From NCBI RefSeq assembly GCF_003918875.1, contig NW_025765325.1, positions 496,001 to 560,000 of the forward strand: a DNA stretch of 64,000 nt. The letters are read 5' to 3'. Below, one piece after another: positions 36,220-48,048 of the stretch. The notes under the pieces were generated by a model. That model had not been told where the DNA came from and did no database searches. It was given only the letters and a program-made list of their open reading frames with translations. A program made the position numbers and the translations under genes. The number at the start of each line of letters is the position of its first letter. The stretch's first letter is position 1. The stretch comes from Haliotis rubra. Lineage: Eukaryota.

Positions 36220-36789
36220 CTCATTTGACATATTTAATTTGAAACTTTACGTTAGTGTGCTTGACAGATGTGTTTAAGTAATAGAACTAACTGGGTTGAT
36301 AAATTTCAAATTGTATATTAACTTTAAATATTTAAATTTAGTTATTTATGTAAAGTAAATACACATTTTCGTACTCAGTGTCGGTGTATGGTGAAGCTGT
36401 CGGTGTTGTCAATTTCACTTCCTTGCTATGCACGCTTTTTTTTGTTGCACAGGTTGTTATAAATGTCTCAGTTGTTGCAATTGAGATTATTTTTAGCATA
36501 TTTCTTTCATCCAAGCATGTCGGATGATTAAGACTACCCCACGTGTGGTCAAAGTGTTTTTGTGCATATGTTACCTTGTAGTAGCTCTGCGGGGGAATTA
36601 AACTTTGCTTAGTAATTCTCCTTTACTTTTCTCTTCGGACGAAGAGATTTTGGATCAAAGCAAACTTTCTTACCCTCACATTCCAGGTAGTGACGTCAGT
36701 GGTGTTATCAATGATGGTGGTAAGGGAAATGTCAGGTTGGTAAAAAGCGTGGCTTGAACTCTTTTCGTTTGTCTGCTTTACTGAGTGAC

Positions 36790-37560
36790 CAAAGCAAAAC
36801 CATCTCATTTTCGCCAAGAGAGGAAGCTCTTGCCCACTGAAGTAAATTGCTCAAATTGTGGTTCTGTTTTGAAGAGTACTTACAAAATCACAAGACGGAA
36901 TAAACGTAATGCAGAAATACGCTTCCAATGTAACAGAAGAGTCTGTAAAAGATGTGGGCAAAATCAAGTATCTATCAGAAAAGGTACATGGTCCGAGGGG
37001 GCGCACATTTCTTTTCGGAAACGTCTGTTACTGATATATAGTCAGTGCGTTCATGAAACATCTGTATCGAGCGCGGAAAGTTCTGAGGAGGGACCGCGGT
37101 TTCTTGAAACATCGAGACAACATATGTCAACTACTGCCGAGAAGTATGTGTAGACATAGTTGAGAAATTATCAGCTAAAAGGATTTGTGGCCCAAATTAA
37201 GTCGTTGAGATCATGAAGCAAACTTTGGGGAAACGCTAATGCAACCGAGGGAGGGTTGTAGAAGGGCAATGGTTTTGGGTGGAATTTGTCGAAGTTCTCG
37301 ATCGCTGTTTCTCGTTCCTGTGGAGCGGCGTGATGCTGAAGCACTCATCCTCATTATTCAGGCTCACGTGGAGGTTGGGTCGGCAATAGTGACGGACAAA
37401 TGGAAATCATATGACAGGCTTTCTTCGCCGGCCTACACACATCAACCACAGTTAACCACAGTGAGCATTTCGTTGACCTAGAAACAGGTGCTTGTACGAA
37501 TCTCATTGAAAACCGATGGTGGCAAATCAAGCGTCAACTTCCGAGTACTCGCACAAGAAA
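36790..37560 (+). pseudogene. Merlin (IS1595/ISXO2-like) transposase relic
   Basis: CSNC...SIRKGTW; VLGGICR...LFLVPVERRDAEALILIIQAHVEVGSAIVTDKWKSY; VNHSEHFVD...CTNLIENRW. Confidence 0.8.
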
Positions 37561-38028
37561 AAGCCACTTTGTATGTTGTATACGTCCCCGCAGAAGCTGG
37601 TTTCCCTTGTTGTGCGGAATGCTGTTTGTGTGATGCATGTCCTGTCTTCGTCGCTGTTTGCCTTAGAGTGCTGGTTAGTATTGCTTTACGGTCCTTGTTT
37701 CTCATAGCTGTACAATTTCCGTTCCGTAGACTTTTGTTGTCATGACTCTGAAGGAATCATTTAATAAGAATACTTGACTTTTTCCGCAGGTCTGTAACGG
37801 TACTTCAAGCTGCACGAGTGATCGACTTACATGACGTAATTTACGTCACTTCCGCATCCCGTCTTCATTGTGAACATTCTCTTACATTCACGCTAACATC
37901 GAGATCGATCCCAGGGGCGGTATTCATAAAGAAACTAAGATTTTCCCAAGTCCAAACTTAAGTTTTTGAAAACAGACTTAGCTAAGTATGAGACTTAAGT
38001 TGCTATTCATAAAGCTACTAAGTCAGAA

Positions 38029-38360
38029 GACCGCCTCCGTGGTGTAGTGGTAAGAGCGTCCGCCCGGAGTGCGGAAGGTCGCGGGTTCGATCCCCGACTG
38101 CGTCATACCAAGAGACGTTAAAATATGGTACTTGTTGGTCCCTGCCTGGCGCTCGGCATCAAGGACTGGTCGGCTCGGAGTCAGTATATTGTGTCCGAGT
38201 GGGGTATTCATGCTTCACTGCGACATGGTGTCACAGTGGGCTAGCACTATAACACCAGCTTCAGTCTGGGCTAGTACAAGCAGCCACACATACACACGCA
38301 TGCACGTCGTCATATGAGCGAAATATTCTCAAGCACGACGTTAAACCCAATTCCACCACC
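38029..38360 (+). mobile_element. tRNA-derived V-SINE (family C)
   Basis: A/B boxes, V-domain gtcataccaagagacgttaaaatatggtac...tgcctggcgctcggca, LINE-like tail. 12-bp TSD actaagtcagaa. Confidence 0.88.
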
Positions 38361-39053
38361 ACTAAGTCAGAATCTTAGCTAAGTTTCCAAAGACAAACTA
38401 AGGTTTTTTTTCGTAGTGCGTACCCGCGTGATCACAAGGGTGAATCCGAGTTATTTTTAGACTTCCGGTGGAACTCTTTTAAAAAAAGGTGTGAAAATCG
38501 CTTTCGTTGGGATTTCCCTTTTGCTATTTACGGCAGACGACACATTGAGGTACCTCGGTAATACATTGTGAAAAATATGTCGGAGGCCGCAATAAAGAAG
38601 AGAAAACCTAATTGGAACAAAGACGAGGTCCTGCTTTTGACAGAACTCGTCAAAACAAACGCCAGTGTGTTGGAAGGGAAGTTTGGTGTGACATAGGCGA
38701 AGCGCCAAGAGGCGTGGCAGGTAATGTAAATATTGGATCCGACTGTAAAGCTGTAGTCCAGAATACAGAAATGTCTTAGACTACGTGCTGGTTTTGTACT
38801 GATTGTGTATTCAAGGGCATTCGTATTTATTCCCTTTCCCGGCGGCCCACTGTAGGCATGAAGTTGATTGAACAGCACTTCGAACGGATAGTCCATCTGT
38901 TTAAACATTAAAAATAATAATCAGTGTGTGTTTAAATGTCTTTTATGTCTCACAAGCTGCTAACATTAAATTAGTGAGAACATATGAGTAACATTCAAAC
39001 AGTGAACATTGTCTAACAACTGTGTTAGGAAATGTGCTGAACACATGTTATAG

Positions 39054-41450
39054 TCAGCACAATTGACATTTGAAGTTAAGATCGATGATCTGATCTATGG
39101 TCAAGGTGTCAAGATCAATGCAGCTCTGGTGAAACCACCGTGGACAACCAGAGCACCCCACCCACTCATCACCATCAATGTCGCCAAACAAACACGCGGA
39201 ACAAATGTCCTCATCACCTGCATACACATCACCATCCTCGTCATCGTATGGAATTTCTGAATCAGACATGTCCTCGTCACTGTCAGTTGCATTACGTCTG
39301 TAGGCGTTCAATAAAACGTTCTGCTTTCTTCTGTTCAGCACTTCGTTTTTTTAATTCTCTTTCGATCTTTTTCTCATCACGAATTGCTTGGCGCCTCTCG
39401 CTGTTTCTTTTTCTTCTCCCTTTCTTTTTTCCTTTTTTCTTTCATTTCATTTTCTGCAATAAGTTTCCTTTGTTTCTCGAGTAGGATTTCTAGTATATCC
39501 TCCCCTGACGCAGATTTCGGTAGGAGAGTCCTTAGTCTCTTGTTGGGTCGGTTTTGGACCTCTGGGAGAGTGAGATGTTTATCAAAATCAGTTGGAGGAG
39601 TGGTATTGCTCTGTGGAGTATCCTGGGGGTTGGGGGTTGTATGAGGAGAGACATGGGCTATTCCGGAATGTGAGGGTGAAAAAACGGTTGTCTGAATTTG
39701 CTCGTTAAAGACATTGCTTGGGGCCAGTTTCAAACTTGAAGTACCCTTCGATTTGTTAAAGGGAAAGAGGCCAGATTCATTAAAACCTTTTATTGCATTT
39801 TCGGCAGTTGCTGACAACTCCCACGCACCTCTGAACACTCTTGCAAAGACTGCTTTCGTAACAGTCTCACCAACATGCTCATCCTGATATTGCCTTACAG
39901 ACTGACGCCATGTGCGCTTCAATGAGGAAAACAGAGACAGGTCTAAGGGCTGGATAACATGTGATGCATGTGAAGGGAGACAATATAAGATGATGTTATT
40001 ATCTATGCATGCATTACATGCATCCAAAGTTAGGTGAGTAGAGTGACCATCGACAGAAAGAACCACTGGCTTCTTGACTGCAAAGCGATTGATATGTGGT
40101 ATGAACACAGTGTGCAGCCAAGAAGCAAACAGCTCAGAGTCCATCCAACCACTCTCACTCCTGCAGATTCAAATCCCTCTAGAGGATTATAATGAAACTT
40201 ACTCCCGGGATATACTATCATAGGAGGAACGTACGTCCCAGCTGCACTAAGCGCAGGCCAGAACCGTTACCTGAGATTTGTCTGAGGATGAGAAATTATA
40301 CACATTTTGGCATCCTTTCTCTGCAAGAACTTTGCCACTTTTTGGACAAAGGGGAAACCCTGACTCATCAGCATTGAATTTTTTTCTTTTGTAACCATGG
40401 CCCTTTCCTTTGCCAACTGCATAGGTGTTTTGATCGACAAAGTTGGGTTGCGTCTCAGAAAGTCTTTTCCTGGTCTGTTATTTTTAAAGGGGTTGGGGCG
40501 ATTTGTTTCCTTTAAAATGTTTTGAACTGTGTCGAGGAGCTGCTCCCTAGTCCGCCCGTACCCAATCTGGGACATCTGGATAGCCCAGAGAGAAAGTTTC
40601 TGCTCCTCCTCATGTGACAGGATAGGGGGAGAGCCCTTTTTGAACTCAATAGGGACCTTGTTCATTAGTTTATCGTGAAGAGTACTTCTTGGGATACCAT
40701 AACTTGTCGCAGCTTTCCTAACGGAAATCCCTCGGGTATTAATGGCTTCTATCGCCCTTCTCACGTTATCAACGCTGTAGGTTGGTTTATTAGCATTCCT
40801 TCCCCTGTTCATTTTGTTGCAGAACCTACAATTCGTTAGAACATAAATAAGGAATAGTGCAAAAGATTTATGTAAAACGTGTTATTTTCTTCAGATAAGA
40901 TTATATAATGTTATTATTTTTAATGTTAAATTTTATTTTATTTACAAATTAGTTGTATTGATGTAAATTTATTTGTTTATTGAAATAGGGATGAGATTGT
41001 TATTTCAAATGTGTCAGTTTAAATGTGTCCGAGTACTGCCTTCCCACTTTCATGCACTGAGGCAGTAGTCGGACAGGGCACAAAACGGGCCATTTTTGGA
41101 ATTTGGCGCCATAGTACTTCGAAGCCGGCTGCATGCATTCACTAGAGTTCTTATGTCAGTTAGATTTCATCTAAAACAAGTTGTAAGTAGTACATGATCT
41201 TAAAACCGGAAACGGCGTTGCTTGGCGGAAATGTAAGACTATCAGGGGGCGTGGCAATCAAGTAGGAAGGTAGATATTGGACGCTTTGCACATGGGTGTT
41301 ACCTCTAGCAGACGATTTTTTGTGACGCAGGGTGGAAGAGCAATATTGATGCGCGTATATGTTGCGCATTAACGCTTAACCTAATTAGCTATAAACATAT
41401 GTTTAACGAGTGTCCGAGTACTGCCCGTGTCCGGACACTGCCGCTACCGC
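39054..41450 (-). mobile_element. Second pogo-like transposon with a disrupted transposase and PHD finger
   Basis: SVRKAATSYGIPRSTLHDK; VDGHSTH...CLPSHASHVIQPLD; CSAC...WVGCSGCPRWFHQSC...CQLC. Repeated gtgtccgagtactgcc motifs near 41025 and 41410. Confidence 0.85.
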
Positions 41451-41457
41451 TCTTCAT

Positions 41458-44400
41458 CCCGTACGGTTGAATTCTTATAAGATTCTTATAAGAAATAATT
41501 GGGAATAAGAAACTTATAAGAAATCAAAATGGTGTTTCTTATATGAATCTTATATATTTCTTAGTGACAAACATTTCTTATAAGAATTTTTCATCTTTTT
41601 CTTATTTTGTATGAGAAACTTATAAGAAGTTAAAATGTTATTTTTTTTTGCAAAATTTATTCTCTGATATGAGTGATATCTACAATAAACACAACATACA
41701 TGAAACATCATTGATAAAATGTGTTCTTCCAAATTTACATATTTTCTACAATTTTCAAGGGTTGTGCAGTTACATTCAAAACTGACAATCCTTTCAAAAC
41801 ATTGTGTAACTGATAAATATTACATAAATTGGTATAATAATAATAAATTGGTTAATTAAATCTTTAACACAATAATTGTGTTTAGTTGACACTGTAAAGT
41901 AACATCCAAAATATATACTTTACAAAACTTTTCAATCAAAATAGATTTATTGCCATGAAAAAAAAGAAGAAGAATTTATGGAATATTGAAAATAAAAGAC
42001 ACAGTTTTTCCATTGTACAACTAAAAAAAAAGAGGTTTACTATGTTGAAATTACAAAATAGTTTGGAAGATATTTGAAACAAATTGTTAAAGGTCTCATG
42101 CAACGCAAAACACAACTTTGCAGATTCTGATACCTTTTGGTATGGACTTACAGTAACCAATCATCAAAAATGCAAATTCAACTTATAAAGTTGAAAAATA
42201 ATGCGATGAAAAATACCCCGCGAAATCGGAGTTCAAAGGATTCACTCATTTCACCCCAGCACTGGGGTGTAAAGTGGTTTCAATAGCTATGCTGCGCTGC
42301 GTGCATAGTGCATACGCAATGATGAGATTCGCGTGGCTTGAACCAGGATGCCTGGAACATTGGTTTATTCTCAAGAAGGTCACTCAGCAAGTATCGCTCT
42401 AGTCGAAGATGGAGAACAAAAGATGTTTCTTGTGATTACAAGCATCTTGGATCTGCAGTTATAAAATACACTGGTTCCATACTTTTTCTTATTTGTTTCT
42501 CATCATGCTTTGGGGGGGGTTGGCAGATTTGTAAACCATTAGTTTTCAAGAAAGTGAAGCATTAGTAATACTAATATCATTGTTAAAAAATGCTCAGCTT
42601 GAAAACTGCAATGTTTTAATTCATGTACTAGTATCTGTGGCCGACAAGTGAGTATGATTGCCGATGGTTTTGGAGAAAATGCCTGCTTACTGTCGAGGAA
42701 ATGATTTGTAGATGTTGCAATAAGTTTTTAGACCCGTGCAATGCCTCTGCCGATCGAATCTAGCCCTACATAGGTGCTGTCAACGTGGCTGGAATTAATA
42801 AACGAATTTAAAAGGTGAGTTTTCGCTGTCTTGGGTGATCCATGATTTTGGCATGGAATTGCGCAGGTAGCTCTTTTCGGTGAGTCGTGGCGTATAACTT
42901 AGATTGAGGAGGGGGTGGTTCCGTCGTTACATCCCTTTCCTTTTATATAGTACTAGGGTAGGGTCTATATACCTATATGTCTTTCTAACGCTGTTTCTAA
43001 GCGTGACACGCCCTTGTGAAAGCAAGTTTGATACTAAATTGTTTACATTAGTATACTAAAAATGGTATTTCATGAAAGTGTCAATTTAGTATCCTGTTTA
43101 TTCAGTGTCAAAGAGAATCAAGTGAATTCACTGACAGTTTGTTGACGCTAAGATTTTTATAAGTCAACCTATGATAAAATATCAAGGCATTCTAATGGCA
43201 GTACTAACATTGTGACGTCACAGCTGTGAAACACATCATATGTGCAGTGGTATTACCATAGGTACTGAAGGTAGCTTATCCTGATAAGAAGCAGGAAATG
43301 AAAGCTGATACTGTTAAGGAATCAGAACCCAAAAAGAGGAAACTGGCCAGCCCTGACAAAGCTACAGAACCTACAATGGTATGCAATACTTTGAAAGGAT
43401 ACAATTCTCAAATGATGAAGGATAAAGGATTTGTTAATTGTAGATTTCAATTTAGTTAAAACATAAAATTACTAAGACATGTTACTTTACACGTCTGTCA
43501 TATGCAGTGAAGGTCCCATCTTCCCGATGTCTAGCATGCTCAGAAATAACCCAATGTCAACATTGCAGGCTTGGCATTTGGGAGGGATAGATTAAGATAA
43601 TATTGGCTGGTAACAAAGTATATGAAAAATCAGCTTGACAAAACCCAAATGGGTATCTCACTTCATGAAGTCTAATTTGGATCTATGGGACTAGCCATTA
43701 AAGATTTTAACTAGAGTGTGTGCATATAAAACCAAAGTAACTACAAGCAATTACTTGATATATTACTATCAATATTGATTAATTCTACTCAAAAACTACT
43801 TTTGTCAACTTGCCCGTGGGCAATTAACCAGTGATTGTGAATCTTTATGTTGTTTACAAATATTACGTTACATATATATGTCAGAAATTAATGTAATTTA
43901 CTGACAATTAGTTAAAAGTTCTTTATGTTCTGTGTATAAAAACTATCAGGGCCTGTGGCAAGTAAACATTGAAAACAAAATAATTTGAACCCTTGTCATA
44001 AAACAAATTAAAACTGTCTTTGCTCATCACAAATATAATTGACTGCAAGAGCGTTTCAAAGCAAAGAATTTTTGACAATATAAACAGATATTGTGATGTT
44101 TGCATGAAGTAATTCAAGTATGTTTTATTGTTAAAATTATTATATTGACTTTATAAGCTTTTAAGGATATACTGAATTTTTAAAAATCATATTTCAGAAA
44201 GAACCTAAGACTACAAAGGCGGCAGAAAAGAAGGCCCAGATTAGAGCCCAGGAGAAGATGGTGGAGGAGCTCCTGGCGGTGCAGTATGGCCATGGAGACA
44301 GTGATCAGGTGGAGGAGCTGAAGCGGAGCCTTGAGGTGAAAGAGAATATCATCAAGGAGAAGGAGGGAATAATAAAGGAGGAGCAGATCATAAAGGACAA

Positions 44401-46473
44401 GGATGAGGAACTCTTTGCCATGCAAGCCAACCTTGCCAGACTTCAGTCAAAGACAATTCAAGCATGCCCATGCAATGGTGCTCTGGCATCCTCTCTGAGG
44501 TCAGAAGCTGTACAGAAATTTGTTAGTCAACTGGCAGGATTATGTCCAGTCAGTCAAGCCACCGAAACACTGCCGCAGCCAAGCCTATCAACATCAATTC
44601 CTCGACCTCCTGCTTTCTCCCCTCCCCTGAAATCCAGGCTTATGTCTCCACCAGCCCCGCCGCCGCCTTCCCCATCACTGTCACCCCCGACAATCACTCA
44701 GTCATCGCCATCAACATGTGAAGCTGACCTTGTTGACCTTGGCGGAGGGGTGATGGTCAAGAAAATGGTCCTTGAAAGCCTGCCTTTCTTCCGCCAAGGG
44801 ATCGACCTCCAAGCTGGTCAGAAATTTGCTCCATGCATTTTCTTCTGACCAGGAGCTTGAGGAATCTTCTGCAGAAGGGAAGGGGACGAAGGCTGCTTTG
44901 CCAACAATGACAGTGGCAGCAATAAAGGGTAATTCTATTAAAGGCCTTGAAAAATTGAGCCAAAAAAGTGTAAAAGCATACGGAAATATAGAATTGAACA
45001 TTTCTATACATTGTATTTATATACAATTATTGTGTTATTCAAGTTTGTGTAAAAAGGTCCACAGCAATGAAATATAAACAATTGTAATAAAAGTTAGAGT
45101 GGATATTTAAATATATTCATATAAGGAAGGTGAAGCAAACTAAATTCTTCAATGTAACTTGAGCAGTGTGTTTCTACTCAGTTATAAATTGTTTTGTCAC
45201 ATCATTTATACATAGATAAAAATTTTTTAAACAATTCTACATTTCAAGCTACTTTGCACCAGTTATCAAATGAAATATTGTAACACTGGTGATACAAACA
45301 TTTCAATATTGTGCAACATAATACAGCTAAATTAATATGATTTTAATCAATCTTTTCATTACAGGGTTTGTGTTATCAAAGAGCCCGAAGACAACCGAGA
45401 GAGAGTTGGTACAGTTCATAAACTGCCAGTGTGCGGACTCACGAAAAAAGAACAAAAACCGTGTGATAACTACTGACCTCTAATATTGTGTTACTAGGAC
45501 CAGTGATACAGGTTGTAGTACATCAGGGCTCCAGATAAAGGCCGTAAAACTGTATCTGTATCATGTGGTGTACCATGTATTGTACCATGGCACTGACATA
45601 ATATTCAAAGACGTAGGGAGTGGAGAGTCTGGCCTTGGTCCAATGAGATGAACAGTTGTCTTCCCTTGAAGTGTATTTCTTGTAAAACATTTAAAACATG
45701 AGATTTCAATGCATTACTTTCTTTGAGCTAATGCTATTGTCATTTGAAGAACAAACAGATTGAATAGTTTCAATTTTAAACCAATGCTGTAGTTTTGTAA
45801 TAGACACATTTGGCAAAAAGAGAGGTAGTTTTATAGTTGTCAGGGGTAGAAGTTTAGTGTCGCTCAGTACTTTGGTGAGGTAGCTCATGATTCAATGGAA
45901 TGTGATAAAAATGTTATTGTGATCTAATTAAAGATGAATAATATGTCTAATGTTGAATTTTGTTTGTTGAATTATGCTCTTGCTCACGTGGCCAACTGAA
46001 GAGAGCTTTCTATTTCTGATAATATTGTATGATGTCATGAGTAGTATAATGACAGTGATCATTTACAGATGGATTTACAATAACTGACTTCCAGAACCTG
46101 TAAGACATTTTCATTGAACATTTGAGGTGAGGTAAACCTGATTTGGTGTTTAATGCTGCCTTCAAGAGTATATCAGTGCGGGTAGTGTTATTGCAGGGAG
46201 AAAGTCTGCAATGCCAGTGTAGCTTTGCATCCTGTGAAAACTGCAAACGGTCATCAGCTGTAACTATGGTTGGTACTGGTTGAATATGTGAGAATCTTAT
46301 AAGAATCTCATAAGAACCATATAAGTTTCTTATAAGATTCTTATAAGTATCTTCTAAGTTTCTTATAACATTCATATAAGAATCTTATAAAAAACTTATA
46401 AGTTCTTATCTAATTTGCATACAAAATTCTTATAAGAATCTTATAAGAAACTTATAAGAATATTTCGTATGGG
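41458..46473. mobile_element. EnSpm/CMC-like non-autonomous transposon with (CTTATAAG) subterminal arrays
   Basis: Termini ccc(g/a)tacg...cgtatggg, 2-bp AT on both flanks, dense ttcttataag repeats at 41470-41630 and 46290-46465. Confidence 0.75.
43262..45483 (+). pseudogene. Spliced coiled-coil/Pro-rich/BEN-domain-like gene inside the EnSpm-like element (exons ~43262-43378, 44198-44928, 45365-45483; frameshift near 44772)
   Basis: ELKRSLEVKENIIKEKE coiled coil; Pro-rich linker; LVDLGGGVMV...SKLVRNLLHAFSSDQELEESSAEG...LP..TVAAIK|GFV...FINCQCADSRKK. Confidence 0.6.
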
Positions 46474-46525
46474 ATGTGCCAACCACAGGCCCCCACTGCA
46501 GGTCAGAAAATCGATAAACTAAGCC

Positions 46526-46635
46526 CTGGTTTACTATTCAGCCCCCCTACTATATAACATGAACATGCTATATAGTAGGGGGGCTGGATAGTAGACCAGT
46601 ACATGTTATATAGTAGGGGGGCTAGATAGTAAACA
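46526..46635. repeat. Palindromic MITE-like hairpin with a duplicated right arm
   Basis: ctggtttactattcagcccccctactatataacatg-aa-catgctatatagtaggggggctggatagtagaccag. Confidence 0.75.
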
Positions 46636-47425
46636 ATGCAGGAGGTGGACCAGCACCAACACCAATCAACCCAGTGACCGATGCTGTCATTGACATTTTA
46701 GGCCAGGACAATGTGGCCCAGTGTCCGATGCTGTCATTGACATTTTAGGCCAGGACAATGTGGCACTGACAGGTGTGCCGGGGTCAGTCAACTCAACAAT
46801 GCTGCAGGTACTTGGTACCAACCGATGACAGGTAAATATGAATGATATGAGTTACCTTTTGGTAAGAATATCATCACCTCACTTGTGCATAAATGTGATC
46901 ATACACACAAGTATGTTGGGTATGCTTTAACTGCATTGTCTGTTATGATTAATATATGTAATGAACAACTGCTATTGATTTTTTTATCTAACTGTAAATA
47001 ACACAAAACAACAGGCTTGAAAAGAAACAATTGAAAGAACATTTATATGAAAATTACATGCACATTTCTATCATTTTATTTTTAGACAGATTTATGCAGC
47101 CATGTGTGACCCCAAGCCACAGCCAGAAGGAGCAAGCAGTCCATCCAGATGCTCCAGGATGCCACACAGTGGAAGCTCTGTAAAGAAAGAAATTGAAGCA
47201 GGAAATAGAATGCCTCACATTGAAAAAACATAAAATCATGAAACTGAATTAGCTTAAACTGCCATAAATGTACTTTCTGAATATCAGAAATATTTACATA
47301 TTTGGGTATTAGGTGTCCTATATCCTTCTCTGTCTAACATAAGGATAAAACAGATTCTGTTAGAAAAACTATTGTGGGACCTTTAGCCAAATAGAAATTA
47401 AACTGTCAATAGTACATAGTTAAGC

Positions 47426-47588
47426 TGACTGACTGAGTTTGGTTTTACGCCGCTTTTAGCAATATTCCAGCAACATCACGGCGGGGGACACCAGAAATGG
47501 GCTTCACACATTGAACCCTTGTGGGGATTCCAACGCGGGTCTTCGGCGTGACGAGCCAACACTTTAACCACTAGGCTACCCCACCGCT
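47426..47588 (-). mobile_element. SINE family A
   Basis: Reverse-complement match, with flanking repeat acatagtta. Confidence 0.85.
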
Positions 47589-47990
47589 TCACATAGTTAG
47601 GAAGATGAGGGAATATACAATATTACAATTAAATAAAGCTATTGTGTAGAATGTATTAATGGTATGAGTGATGAAACTTAATTTTGTTTTGGGGAGGATT
47701 GTCTGTATTAAATGTTCTAACTCTGTATTAAAAGTTCTAACTCTGACACTATGACATAAGATCCTAAAATCATCTTACATGGAAAGTTTGTATTGGCGAA
47801 GTTCTCTCTATGTCTCAGTGCAGCCACTGGTGGAGTGATTCCTGGTAGATTCTGCCCATCATGCCTTCCAAATCCATCTGTGGGTGGTAATGGAGTGAGT
47901 GAGTTGAGATTTGGTTTTGTAGTAATTATCATTTGTTGATAAATTCATCACATAATGCATAATTTAAAGTGTTCCAGCCCTTGTCTAACT

Positions 47991-48048
47991 GGCACCCGTG
48001 AAGAACAACCTCCTCGTGGTGGGTGCTGGGTAACGCTAAGCGCTCTTC
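47991..48048 (+). ncRNA. HDV-like ribozyme at the 5' end of LINE copy 2
   Basis: GGCACCC gu GAAGA aca ACC UCCUCGU GGU GGGUGCU GG GUAAC G C UAA gcgc UCUUC. Confidence 0.8.

Larger units (their letters stand above)
37912..47890 (+). mobile_element. Fragmented Harbinger element: terminus at 37912, Myb/SANT gene pieces (38577-38720, ~46635-46830, ~47087-47250) and a convergent transposase C-terminus (~47790-47890 minus), split by nested insertions
   Basis: cag-gggcggtattcataaag; MSEAAIKKRKPNWNKDEVLLLTELVK...KRQEAWQ|gt; GGGPAPTPINPVTDAVIDILGQDNVALTGVPG; minus-strand ...VAALRHRENFANTNF. Confidence 0.6.
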
